NCBI GenBank assembly: GCA_038205015.1
Contig: JBBRCK010000001.1
Coordinates: forward strand, 51,862 to 115,861
Reading direction: 5' to 3'
DNA length: 64,000 nt
Source: Candidatus Levyibacteriota bacterium
GTDB lineage: Bacteria; Patescibacteriota; Microgenomatia; Levybacterales; UBA12049
The notes beneath the pieces are model-generated. The model did not search any database. It was not told the origin of the DNA and saw only the letters and a program-made list of their open reading frames with translations. Numbering within the stretch: the stretch's first letter is position 1; every line of letters begins with the position of its first letter. Shown piece after piece: positions 27,592-37,581 of this stretch. A program made the position numbers and the translations under genes.

Positions 27592-28208
27592 GATTTAGCT
27601 ATGTAAACGTAATTGCCAAAGACTTTGGGAATTGAACCCGCTTTGGCGGGATTTTTCGTTTTTACAGGCGTTTGCACTTTAAAAAATCGCGTAAATACAG
27701 CACTTTGAATGAAAAGGATTAAACTTTTTGTGACCAAGCTTTGCTTGGTAATCAGAAAGTGGTAGGAATTTTGTCAGGTTATTCCATTAAAGAAATCTGA
27801 CACGATAAAGTTTATCATTTGATGAACTTTTTCAATTTTTTTGAGAATTTGATCCTGGTTCAGGATAAACGCTGGCGGCGTGCCTTAGGCATGCAAGTCA
27901 AAGGGGTTCCGCAAGGAACAACTGGCAGACGGGTGAGTAACGCGTAGGAATCTACCCCTAGGAGGACCATAGCCGTCCGAAAGGATGGGTAATAGTTCAT
28001 AGTCAATTTATTGTAAAGGAGTTAACGCTCCGCCAAGGGATGAGCCTGCGTCCTATCAGCTTGTTGGTGAGGTAAAAGCTTACCAAGGCGATGACGGGTA
28101 GCTGGACTGAGAGGTCGATCAGCCACAACTGCACTGAGATACGGGCAGTACATCTACGGATGGCAGCAACCAGGAATATTGCGCAATGGACGAAAGTCTG
28201 ACGCAGCG

Positions 28209-28253
<45 letters not shown>

Positions 28254-28657
28254 ATAGTCCTTTCACGGACTATAGAATAAGCACCTACTAACTACGTGCC
28301 AGAAGTCTCGGTAATACGTAGGGTGCAAGCGTTATCCGGATTTATTGGGCGTAAAGTGTGCGTAGGCTCATCGAAAAGTCATACCTTAAATACTAAGGCT
28401 TACCCTTGGGAGTGGGTATGATACTTTCGATGTTGAGGATTGTCAGGGGTACTGGAACAGTTAGTGTAGCAGTGAAATGCGTTGATATTAACTGGAACAC
28501 CGATGGCGAAGGCAGGTACCTGGGATTTTCCTGACGCTGAGGCACGAAAGCTAGGGGAGCGAAACAGATTAGATACCTGTGTAGTCCTAGCCGTAAACGA
28601 TGTCTGCTAGCTTTGTCCGACTTGTCGGACGAGGCGCAAGCTAACGCGTTAAGCAGA

Positions 28658-28717
<60 letters not shown>

Positions 28718-28825
28718 CCGGTGGAGCGTGTGGTTCAATTCGAGACAAAACGAAAAACCTCACCAGGGTTTGACATGATACCGTACATTTTTCTAGAAAT
28801 AGAGAGAAATCCGCAAGGATGGTAC

Positions 28826-28869
<44 letters not shown>

Positions 28870-29255
28870 CCCTTAAGTGGGGAAACGAGCGCAACCCGCG
28901 TCTAATGTTGAATAATCATTAGAGACGGTCCCTAGTTTTCTAGGGAAGGAAGGAGCGGAAGACGTCAAGTCAGCACGGCCCTTATACCCTGGGCTACACA
29001 CACACTACAATGGCGAAAAACAACGGGCTGCAAGCCGGCAACGGCAAGCGAATCCCTTAAATTTCGCCTCAGTTCAGATTGGAGTCTGCAACCTGACTCC
29101 ATGAAGTCGGAATCGGTAGTAATCGCAGATCAGCATGCTGCGGTGAATACGTTCTCGGGTCTTGTACACACCGCCCGTCAAGGCAGCAAAGTCGGTAGCT
29201 ATCGAACATCCCCTTTGGGGATGGAGATAGAGATTGGCGATGAAGCTTAAGTCGT

Positions 29256-29978
29256 ATAAATGTTGCGACCTATGTTGGCAACAGCATAGAAAACCTCAAC
29301 TGTATCGGTGAACTCCTACTTGAGTTTATAATTATTTTTTAAATAGTTTATACTTAAGGGACAATACCGAGGGAAGTCGTCTTGATTTAATTAAGATTGA
29401 CCCCGTAGAGACTACACGTTGACGCCTTGAAAAATGACAAAACCTTATTTACTTGGTGCATTACATGATGGTACTGAAAGAAAATTTACTTATCGTATCG
29501 GTCAGAAAGATAAAGAGTATATAGAATTTCTTTTAAAAGGAATTCAATCTCTTGGTCAAAAAGCCTGGATGTATAAAGAAGGGAAAACTCGACAATTTTA
29601 CATTGTTGAATTCTCAAAATTTTTTTTGAAAGATGCAAATATAGCATCGATTCAAGATAAGATTGATTACATCAGAGGATATTTCGATGCGGAAGGAGGA
29701 ATCTCCAGAGATTCTAAGATTCGTTATTATATTTATTTTGCTCAGAAAAATCTGAAAGATTTACAAGAGTTAAAAGGATATTTAACGGAACTTGGAATAG
29801 CCTGCGGTATTATTCATAATCCAAGTAAAAAGAGAGATCCAGATTATTGGCGTTTTTTTATAAGTGTAAAATCTTATAGAGAATTTGCGGAAAGAATTGG
29901 ATCTTGGCACCCAGTAAAAAGTCATTTTTTAAGGATGAAGATATAGTCCATGCCCCTAGTAATAGGTGGATTTACATG
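29256..29978 (+). mobile_element. Group I intron at 16S position U1498
   Basis: Splits AAGTCGT|AACAAGGTA; P1 GTCGTA/TGCGAC with U.G at the splice site; P7 GACTA/TAGTC; S element AAGATATAGTCC; terminal omega G29978. Confidence 0.96.
29434..29946 (+). CDS. Intron-encoded LAGLIDADG homing endonuclease
   Basis: Motifs YLLGALHDG and YIRGYFDAEG; located in the P8 loop. Confidence 0.93.
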   Translation: MTKPYLLGALHDGTERKFTYRIGQKDKEYIEFLLKGIQSLGQKAWMYKEGKTRQFYIVEFSKFFLKDANIASIQDKIDYIRGYFDAEGGISRDSKIRYYIYFAQKNLKDLQELKGYLTELGIACGIIHNPSKKRDPDYWRFFISVKSYREFAERIGSWHPVKSHFLRMKI

Positions 29979-30227
29979 AACAAGGTATCCCTACCCGAAG
30001 GTGGGGATGGATCACCTCCTTTCTAAAATTAAATTGGGCGCGTCCCAATTTACAGAGTAGGAAAGAGAGATGGACGGCAAGTTAGTAAAATGTCTTTTGA
30101 CATTACTACTAATCGAATACGTAAAACACCAAGTGCAAGTAGCACTTGTAAAACTCTACTACTTATTTGTTCCTACCACTTTCTGGTTCAAGTCCCGATA
30201 TAATCGGGACGAAGTGCAATTCAACGT

Positions 30228-30254
30228 AAAACCACTCCAAGCGAGTGGTTTTTT
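30228..30254 (+). terminator. Intrinsic terminator ending the 16S transcript
   Basis: AAAACCACTC-CAAGC-GAGTGGTTTTTT. Confidence 0.85.
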
Positions 30255-30279
30255 GTGGCCAATAAGCTATAATTAAAAA

Positions 30280-30711
30280 GTGAAAGAAATAATAATTAAA
30301 GAAAAATTTGATTATCCACTCGATAAAGTTTGGGAAATGTTTGTAGATTTAGAAAACTTTCCTAAATATTTTAAATACGTCAATAAAGTTTTTTATAATG
30401 AAAAAATGAGTTTAGGTTCGGTTTGGTATGATTTTGCTTCTTTTGTTGTTCCGATAATTGTTAAGCATAAAACTACAGTTTTTGAAAAAGAAAAAACATT
30501 AGGTTTTGAAGTTTATATTCCTTTTAGAGGATTTGTTAAGGAAAGAGTAAACTTTACACAAAAAGGGGATTCAACTGAAATTGATGGGAATTTGGTTTTT
30601 GATTTTGGAAACCCCATTTTTAGCTTTCTTTTTGATAAATTGTTTGAAAAAAGAATGAAAGAGTCAATTGACGGGGCGATAAGTAAATTTAAAAGGGAAA
30701 ATTCAGCTTAG
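30280..30711 (+). CDS. SRPBCC/polyketide cyclase-like protein
   Basis: P.DKVW....D.EN.P.YF N-terminus, C-terminal helix. Confidence 0.8.
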   Translation: MKEIIIKEKFDYPLDKVWEMFVDLENFPKYFKYVNKVFYNEKMSLGSVWYDFASFVVPIIVKHKTTVFEKEKTLGFEVYIPFRGFVKERVNFTQKGDSTEIDGNLVFDFGNPIFSFLFDKLFEKRMKESIDGAISKFKRENSA

Positions 30712-31395
30712 TTAATTTTTGTGTTTTCTGTGGTGCCTAATCGTTTTTACACCTCTATGGGCATATTCAACAATATTCTCAATTTTTTCTAATTGTCTCG
30801 GAGCAGTACGCACAACTATTTTATCATCAAAAAATACTTTTCCGTGTCTGGCAATATGAATTGCTAAGTCTGCATCTTCATGAACAATTCTATCATCAAG
30901 GCAAATCTCATTTTTTACCATTTCCCAAGCTTTTTTATGAACAGCCAAATTAAATCCCATCATTCCATCATGCTTCATAGTTAACTTAATGAATTTGGAA
31001 GAGCCTGTAACCAACCACGTATGAAATTGAAGAAAGTTAGGAATTCTGTCAAAATAGGCAGTGCCGGAAAGGCCTAACAGTTCCGGATCTTTTTCGAATG
31101 CTTTACGAATTTTTTTTGTCCAATCACGGGGAACACGTGTGTCTGCATCTGTTCGGGCAATTACATCTCCTTTTGCTAAATTAAATCCTGCATTTCTGGC
31201 GGGTGTTCTTCCTTGATTAGGTTCCTTAACTATCTTGGCGTGATATTTTTTTGCAATCTCAACCGTTTTGTCGGTTGAGTTATTATCAACCACAATTATT
31301 TCGTACGGTTTTTCAATTTGATTTGCTAAACTTTTTAAGCATGCTTCGAGGAATTTTTCTTCGTTATACGCAGGCACGACCACGGATATTTTCAT
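30712..31395 (-). CDS. Glycosyltransferase family 2
   Basis: VVPAYNEE, VDNNSTD, RTDAD, HED. Confidence 0.95.
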   Translation of the reverse strand: MKISVVVPAYNEEKFLEACLKSLANQIEKPYEIIVVDNNSTDKTVEIAKKYHAKIVKEPNQGRTPARNAGFNLAKGDVIARTDADTRVPRDWTKKIRKAFEKDPELLGLSGTAYFDRIPNFLQFHTWLVTGSSKFIKLTMKHDGMMGFNLAVHKKAWEMVKNEICLDDRIVHEDADLAIHIARHGKVFFDDKIVVRTAPRQLEKIENIVEYAHRGVKTIRHHRKHKN

Positions 31396-31459
31396 ACCTT
31401 ATATTATATAGGATTCTTTCAGATTGTAAACAAACGAACAAATTGTTACTATAAAAGAG

Positions 31460-32206
31460 ATGAAGTTATTAACAATAGTAGTTCCGGCCTTAAACGAAGA
31501 AAAATATCTTCCTATTCTTCTAAAGTCCTTTTTAAACCAAACCGATAAAAATTTCGAAATTGTAGTAGTTGATGGGAAATCAGAGGATAACACTGTTAAA
31601 AATGTAACCGAATTTAAAGACAGATTAGATGTAAGAATTGTTATAGCCGATAAAAGAAATTTATCACATCAAAGAAATTTAGGAGCGCAAAATGCAAAAG
31701 GAGATTATGTAACTTTTCTAGATGCGGATTTTATCGTAAAAGATGATTTTGTAAAGTCGTGTTTTTTAGAGGCTGAAAAATCCGATGTGGATTTAATCAT
31801 TCCACTTTCTTTTCCGATTACCTCAAATCCTCTTTGGAAATTATATTTTTTAGTAATAAATTTACTATCAATTATTTCTACGCTACTTGGTAAGCCTTTT
31901 GGCAATGGGCCTGGAAATTTAATCAAAAAAGAAGCTTTTCTTAAAACACCAGGATATAGCGAAACGGTATTTGTTTTTGAAGATCAATATTTTTTTCAGC
32001 AAGCTAAAGCTGCGGGCTTGAAAATTAAACACACAGGCAAAATTAAAATGTACTTTTCATTAAGAAGATTAGAAAAAGATGGAATTTGGGGATATTTTTA
32101 TTTTAATTTTTCCGCAGGTCTTAGGTTTATGTTAAAAGGGCCAATTTATAAGAAATTTTATGACTATCAAATGGGTGGTCAGAAAAAGGTTGAAAATAAT
32201 AAATAA
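31460..32206 (+). CDS. Glycosyltransferase family 2
   Basis: VVPALNEE, VDG.S.D, FLDAD, FED. Confidence 0.95.
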   Translation: MKLLTIVVPALNEEKYLPILLKSFLNQTDKNFEIVVVDGKSEDNTVKNVTEFKDRLDVRIVIADKRNLSHQRNLGAQNAKGDYVTFLDADFIVKDDFVKSCFLEAEKSDVDLIIPLSFPITSNPLWKLYFLVINLLSIISTLLGKPFGNGPGNLIKKEAFLKTPGYSETVFVFEDQYFFQQAKAAGLKIKHTGKIKMYFSLRRLEKDGIWGYFYFNFSAGLRFMLKGPIYKKFYDYQMGGQKKVENNK

Positions 32207-32272
32207 ATCCTCAGGTTTTAATATTCAATTATCAATCGACAACATCATTTGATTTTGGTATACTTTAGGCAC

Positions 32273-32348
32273 GGCGCGGTGGTGAAGCGGCTAACACAGC
32301 TGTTTGCAAAACAGTCATTCACCGGTTCGAGTCCGGTTCGCGCCTCCA
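32273..32348 (+). tRNA. tRNA-Cys(GCA), CCA encoded
   Basis: GCTGT-TTGCAAA-ACAGT arm, U discriminator, CCA. Confidence 0.96.
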
Positions 32349-32363
32349 GTATAATATAAAAAT

Positions 32364-32549
32364 ATGAATGGAAAAGAACAGGAACAAAAAAAGAGCAGAT
32401 GGAATAATAGAACTAAATTGGGATTAGTTATTGCAGGGGTAGGGCTTTTGGCTGAAGTTGCTCCGGTTGTAATTATAGGCGGAGGCTTAGCTCTTAGTGG
32501 CGTAATTTTTGAAAGAGGTAAGGCAAAGCAGCAGGTAAAGGCTGCATAA
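32364..32549 (+). CDS. Small Gly-rich membrane protein between two tRNAs
   Basis: 61 aa, hydrophobic hairpin, TATAAT 8 nt upstream. Confidence 0.6.
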   Translation: MNGKEQEQKKSRWNNRTKLGLVIAGVGLLAEVAPVVIIGGGLALSGVIFERGKAKQQVKAA

Positions 32550-32552
32550 AAC

Positions 32553-32624
32553 GGGTGCGTAGTTCATCGGTAGAACGCTTCTCTGATAAAGAAGAGGTGC
32601 ATGGTTCGATTCCATGCGCACCCA
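32553..32624 (+). tRNA. tRNA-Ile(GAU)
   Basis: CTTCT-CTGATAA-AGAAG arm, GGTTCGATTCC. Confidence 0.96.
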
Positions 32625-32663
32625 CAAAGCAATTGCCTCGTATTTAAAATAGGTGTATAATTC

Positions 32664-33446
32664 ATGATTGTGGTTATGGCTACTAAACCTACTACAGAGG
32701 AAATTAAAAAATTTGTGAAAGAAGCATTAACACGAGCAAATAACGCAAGAATTGAATGTATTGATGGGCGATATACCCCCGAACAATCGGAAGGAGCATT
32801 AAGGGCGCCAGGAGGGGATTTTGGGATGGTTATGGCAATTGCCGGTGCGTTGAAAGACGAAGGAACATATTTAGAGCCGGAAGAAATAGTTGAAAGATAT
32901 TTAACAAGCGTTATGAAGAAAAGAGGATCGGATGCTCAACTTTATTTTCATGATGATGATTCTTCTCATGCAATTGGCTGCGGACATATCGCAAGGGCTT
33001 CCAGTCCCGAACATGAAGGACTTTATGGTAGTTTAACTCATCAAGAAGTCGGGCAGTTATACGAAGTATTTACTTCTCATCCACGGGTTCATAAAACCGT
33101 TCTTGAAGGACCTCATGCAGAAAAAGGGGTTATTGTTGTTGCTGCAGAATCGGAAGAGGCTCCGGTTCCCTATACAATAAACTCCAGAGATGCAAAAGGA
33201 AATATGTATTTTGTTGCAGATATTGATAGGGCAAACAGATTTATAGATAAAGTAGTTCCTCATTTTTCTCAAGGCTTGGTAAAACCAGTTAGTTCTGAAG
33301 ACGTTAAAAGAAATTTTCTAATTCAACTTAATGCTACGGTAACACTTTTGGCCGGAGATAAAGAAAAATTCAAAGTAACAATAGGAGAAAGTGGGGAATT
33401 CTCCATGAATCAACTTCCAAAGCTAAAACCAAGTTCCCAAGTATAA
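32664..33446 (+). CDS. Zeta/cadmium-type carbonic anhydrase-like protein
   Basis: CIDGR...PGGD.G...H.D......GCGH metal-ligand pattern. Confidence 0.75.
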   Translation: MIVVMATKPTTEEIKKFVKEALTRANNARIECIDGRYTPEQSEGALRAPGGDFGMVMAIAGALKDEGTYLEPEEIVERYLTSVMKKRGSDAQLYFHDDDSSHAIGCGHIARASSPEHEGLYGSLTHQEVGQLYEVFTSHPRVHKTVLEGPHAEKGVIVVAAESEEAPVPYTINSRDAKGNMYFVADIDRANRFIDKVVPHFSQGLVKPVSSEDVKRNFLIQLNATVTLLAGDKEKFKVTIGESGEFSMNQLPKLKPSSQV

Positions 33447-33450
33447 ATTA

Positions 33451-34392
33451 CTACACACTAGTATAAACACCACGTTGCTCTGGAGAAAGATGCTTAGCAA
33501 TTTCTCTTGCAACAAAATCGCTTGCACCTTTCCAATCACGGTTTGCAATAAATGGCGCTAGCTCTCTATCTGATCTGATTGGTGCGCTGACGTACACGGT
33601 TATTATGTGAGGATTGCCGTAATGAAGTCCCGCAAGTAAGGCTTGACTGCCAGGAAGTTTTGTTTCGGGGTTTAACACTTTATAACTGTCTCGTATACTA
33701 ACGGGTTCTATTGCTAAAGGTCTATGGTTTTGTTTTGCGAGAAGATAATTTAATCTTAATACCTTAGGATCGAATCTTATCATTCCATTTAATTGTCCTG
33801 TTTTAGGGTTAATTCTTCCTCCTTCTACGCTTTTTTCTGGAAGTACTGCGATAGCTGTTGTTCCATTTTTAATTCCGCCCGACATTTTTGTAGCATATTC
33901 TTCAGAGTTTGCGTTAAGCATTCTGTGATTAGCGTCATTTTCAGTTACGGTCGCGACTGGTCGTAAGTGACGTTTTCTAAGAAGATTTCTGGTTGCTTTA
34001 TACATTACAAATGACCAAAAACCCTGATCTCCGGTAAATTGTGATTTTGCCATTGGAAGCAAAGTTTCCTGAGCATTTGTTCCTTCTCTTGTGGCATCAT
34101 TTACTAAAGCTAATATTTCGGCATCATAAGTTGAGGCATGGTTTGCTTCATAAGCGAAAAGGCAACCATCTTCAACAGCTTCTGCAAATTTATCATCAAA
34201 ATCAGGAGCATATTCGATTTCGGTGCCTTTGTCGATTGTTTCCGTCCAGTGCCTGATTATGGGGCCGGCAATAATACTTGCTACCTCGGATCCCACGTTT
34301 TTGGTATTATTAGCTAATTGCTGTTTTTTTGTAAAAACTTGACGTTCTTTTACTGCTTGGGCTGGTTCTGTTTCCCGTTCGATACTACTCAT
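33451..34392 (-). CDS. Lysophospholipid acyltransferase (PlsC-like) protein
   Basis: NHASTYD (HX4D), VLPE...GG, I.PV.I blocks. Confidence 0.7.
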   Translation of the reverse strand: MSSIERETEPAQAVKERQVFTKKQQLANNTKNVGSEVASIIAGPIIRHWTETIDKGTEIEYAPDFDDKFAEAVEDGCLFAYEANHASTYDAEILALVNDATREGTNAQETLLPMAKSQFTGDQGFWSFVMYKATRNLLRKRHLRPVATVTENDANHRMLNANSEEYATKMSGGIKNGTTAIAVLPEKSVEGGRINPKTGQLNGMIRFDPKVLRLNYLLAKQNHRPLAIEPVSIRDSYKVLNPETKLPGSQALLAGLHYGNPHIITVYVSAPIRSDRELAPFIANRDWKGASDFVAREIAKHLSPEQRGVYTSV

Positions 34393-34497
34393 ATTTAGAC
34401 TTGTTATTCTACCATAAATTACTGATTATTATTGATTTTCTGTCTCTAACTGCCCCTTTGCAAATTATTTTCAATGTGTTAAATTAGACTAGATTTT

Positions 34498-35067
34498 ATG
34501 GTACTTTCAGATACAGATTTAAAAAAAGCCTTAATTAGCGGCCAAATTAAAATAAAACCAACGGTTGATTTAAAAACTCAACTTGGTTCTTGCTCAATTG
34601 ATTTGCGGCTTGGAAATGTATTTAGAGTATTCGAGCATTCAAGGCATGCTTACATAGATCCTTTTAAAAAAAGTATCTCAGATGAAGTAACAAGGGAAAT
34701 AAAAATAAAAAACAAAGAGCCTTTTATAATTCAACCCGGAGATTTTGTTTTGGCAACAACAGTTGAGTATATAGAAGTTCCAGATGATCTAACGGGAAGG
34801 CTTGAAGGAAGGTCAAGTATCGGGCGATTAGGTGTTGTAATTCATTCAACAGCTGCAAATATCGAATGCGGATTTAGAGGTCATATAACTTTGGAACTTG
34901 CGAACATGGGTAAAATGCCGGTTGCACTTTATCCCGATATGAGAATATGTTCGATATCTTTTGAACAACTTTCTTCTCCAGCTGAGGTGCCATATTACAA
35001 GAAAAAATCGGCAAAATACGTAGGGCAAAAAGGTCCCGGAGAGAGTAAAATAAATAAAGAAAGATGA
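34498..35067 (+). CDS. dcd: dCTP deaminase
   Basis: SIDLRLG, EGRSSIGRLG...H.TA, G.ITLEL.N, KY.GQ. Confidence 0.93.
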   Translation: MVLSDTDLKKALISGQIKIKPTVDLKTQLGSCSIDLRLGNVFRVFEHSRHAYIDPFKKSISDEVTREIKIKNKEPFIIQPGDFVLATTVEYIEVPDDLTGRLEGRSSIGRLGVVIHSTAANIECGFRGHITLELANMGKMPVALYPDMRICSISFEQLSSPAEVPYYKKKSAKYVGQKGPGESKINKER

Positions 35068-35597
35068 TATTAGGACCTAAAAAATTATTACAATTAGTAA
35101 AAACAAAAAAACTCGTAGAGGGTTTATCGCAGCGTGAACTTACTAATCCCGAAGGTGCAGGTTTTGATTTGCGTTTAGATGAGGTTTATAAAATTTCAGG
35201 TAAAGCATTTTTGGGAGAGACACATCGTCAAACTGCAGATATCACTTTGGTAAAAAAATACGGCAAAGACAAAAGTATAAAAATAAAACCGGGAGATTTT
35301 TTCTTAGTTAAAACAATTGAAAAAATAAATCTTCCAATTACTTTATCGGCGGTGATTCTTCCAAGAACTACAACTTTCAGGTCAGGTCTTTTTATAAGAA
35401 CTGGTCCGATTCAACCCGGTTATCAAGGTGAGTTAACTTTTGGTCTAAAAAATGAAGGTCCGATTACGGTTGAAATAGAAATGGGAGCCAGGTTTGTTCA
35501 CGTTTTGTTCCATGAAATAAAGGGAAGCGGCAGTAAGTATCGTGGTCAGTGGCAAGGCGGAAGAGTATCGGCTACAAAAAAAGAAAAACAAGTTTAA
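35064..35597 (+). CDS. dUTPase/dCTP-deaminase superfamily protein
   Basis: AGFDLRL, PRTT.FR.G, PGYQG.L, YRGQWQG. Confidence 0.85.
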   Translation: MILGPKKLLQLVKTKKLVEGLSQRELTNPEGAGFDLRLDEVYKISGKAFLGETHRQTADITLVKKYGKDKSIKIKPGDFFLVKTIEKINLPITLSAVILPRTTTFRSGLFIRTGPIQPGYQGELTFGLKNEGPITVEIEMGARFVHVLFHEIKGSGSKYRGQWQGGRVSATKKEKQV

Positions 35598-35600
35598 ATT

Positions 35601-36017
35601 ATGGCCTCTACAAAACTTTTTCATATTGGCATTAAGGCAGTAATCGTTAATAACAATAAAGCTTTAGTTTTAGAAGACACCGGAAGGTATGCCGGATTTG
35701 ATGTTCCGGGTGGAAAAATCGATGAAAATGAAACAATAGAACAAGCTTTAAAAAGAGAATTATTGGAAGAATTGGGTTTAACAGATTTTAAAACCGGAGA
35801 GCTTTTAACGGTTTTTGAAAGAGAAGATTATAAAAAAGAGGGCATTAATCTCATTTTAATTTTTTTCAAAGTTGAAGCTAATAATTTTGACGTTAAGTTA
35901 AGCGATGAACACAGTGAATACAGATGGATATCAAAAGATGATTTAAGCGAAATGGTAAAAAATAACGAAGTCAGAAATGACGGTGTAAAAGTAGCACTTG
36001 AAAAGGTTTTAGAATAG
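35601..36017 (+). CDS. Nudix hydrolase
   Basis: PGGKIDENETIEQALKRELLEELG Nudix box. Confidence 0.95.
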   Translation: MASTKLFHIGIKAVIVNNNKALVLEDTGRYAGFDVPGGKIDENETIEQALKRELLEELGLTDFKTGELLTVFEREDYKKEGINLILIFFKVEANNFDVKLSDEHSEYRWISKDDLSEMVKNNEVRNDGVKVALEKVLE

Positions 36018-36037
36018 TAGTAATTTAGAAATTATAA

Positions 36038-37069
36038 ATGGCAGGAAAAAACAAACAACATCTCAAAGACACTGAGCGTAATCGAAGTGCGGAATATCAA
36101 TATTTAGATTTATTAAAGGAAATCTACAAAGACGGCGTAGAATATGAAGACCGCGGTACCTGGGTTAAGCTACGTGGGGTTTTCGGAAGACAAACCCGCT
36201 ATGATTTATCTAAAGGCTTTCCACTTTTAACCACAAAGAGAGTTTACTGGAAGGGTGTACTTCACGAGCTTTATTGGTTTATGTCGGGCCAGACAAATAT
36301 TAAATATTTGGTCGATAACGATGTACACATCTGGGATGACTATCCGCTTAGATTGTATAACGAATTTTATGTAGTTAAGGGAAAAGCGAAAAAATTAACC
36401 AAAGATCAGTTTGTCGAGAAGATTAAAAATGATAAAAATTTTGCCAAAAAATATGGTAATTTGCCTAAAATATACGGAGAAATGTGGCGAAATTGGCCAA
36501 CCAGAAAAAAAGGGAAGACAATAGACCAATTAAAGTGGGCAATTCAGGAATTAAAAGATGATCCGGGAGCAAAAAATCTAATCGTAACTTCATGGAACCC
36601 CGAATATTTATATACCATGGCAGATAAAAAAGATGCTTCAAGATTTCCGGTTTGCCATAATATGTACCAAATCAGCCTAAAGGGAAATAAGTTGTCTTTG
36701 CAGCTTTATCAAAGAAGCGCGGATGTATTTTTGGGAGTGCCGTTTAATATCGGAAGTTATGCGCTTTTAACAATTATTTTGGCTCATATCACCGGTTACG
36801 AACCTGGCGAGTTTATACATACTTTTGGAGATGTACATATTTACGAAAACCACATGGAGCAGGTAAAAGAACAATTAAGACGAAAACCCCGCCCATTACC
36901 GACTATTAAAATAGACCCTTCGGTTAAAACCTTAGATGATTTTCGTCCTGAATTGGTTACTCTTGAGAATTACAACCCGTATCCTACTTTAAAGGCCGAA
37001 TTAACCGTTACCGGCGGAATTTATAATAAAGACAAAAAAGGCTATTTTGACGAAAAGAAGAAAAAATGA
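36038..37069 (+). CDS. thyA: Thymidylate synthase
   Basis: FPLLTTK, PVCH, YQRSADVFLGVPFN, DVHIYENH. Confidence 0.98.
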   Translation: MAGKNKQHLKDTERNRSAEYQYLDLLKEIYKDGVEYEDRGTWVKLRGVFGRQTRYDLSKGFPLLTTKRVYWKGVLHELYWFMSGQTNIKYLVDNDVHIWDDYPLRLYNEFYVVKGKAKKLTKDQFVEKIKNDKNFAKKYGNLPKIYGEMWRNWPTRKKGKTIDQLKWAIQELKDDPGAKNLIVTSWNPEYLYTMADKKDASRFPVCHNMYQISLKGNKLSLQLYQRSADVFLGVPFNIGSYALLTIILAHITGYEPGEFIHTFGDVHIYENHMEQVKEQLRRKPRPLPTIKIDPSVKTLDDFRPELVTLENYNPYPTLKAELTVTGGIYNKDKKGYFDEKKKK

Positions 37070-37542
37070 TTTCAATAATTACTGCAATTGATGATAAAAG
37101 GGGAATTGGCCGTAGGGGACAGCTCCCATGGCATCTTTCGGAAGACTTAAAAAGATTTAAAGAGATAACTTCGGGAAATACCGTAATAATGGGCCGTAAG
37201 ACTTTTGAAAGTATCGGAAAACCTCTTCCCAAGAGATTTAATATTGTTATCTCCGGTCAGCCACAGGATATTAGGTCAGGTGAACTATCAAATGATTTAA
37301 TTTTTGTAAGTTCCTTGGATGAGGCTTTGGAAAAAGCCAAGGGAGATGCATTTGTAATCGGCGGGGGACAAATTTATAATTTAGCAATTGAAAAAGCAGA
37401 TAAATTATATTTAACCCAAGTTGAAGGAGATTTTGGCTGTGACACTTTTTTCCCAAATTACTCTTTATTTACCAGCGAGGTTTTTATTGGCGCAGGTGAG
37501 GAAAATGGAATTAAATATAAGTTTTTAGAGCTTACAAGATAA
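37066..37542 (+). CDS. folA: Dihydrofolate reductase
   Basis: IG....LPW....D...F, VIMGRKTFESI..PLP.R, IGGGQIY. Confidence 0.98.
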   Translation: MISIITAIDDKRGIGRRGQLPWHLSEDLKRFKEITSGNTVIMGRKTFESIGKPLPKRFNIVISGQPQDIRSGELSNDLIFVSSLDEALEKAKGDAFVIGGGQIYNLAIEKADKLYLTQVEGDFGCDTFFPNYSLFTSEVFIGAGEENGIKYKFLELTR

Positions 37543-37581
37543 GTCTTGCTAAGCAAGCGTAGTGCAGAGTAGAATAAAACA

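Noticed and set aside
27636-27658. Terminator-like hairpin CCCGC-TTTG-GCGGG-ATTTTT in the rRNA leader as a separate sRNA
   Set aside because: It can be enclosed by a TGTAAA/TTTACA stem as part of the leader fold; no independent evidence for a separate RNA
30070-30276. 68-aa ORF after the 16S
   Set aside because: Overlaps the rRNA trailer processing stem and terminator; no protein features
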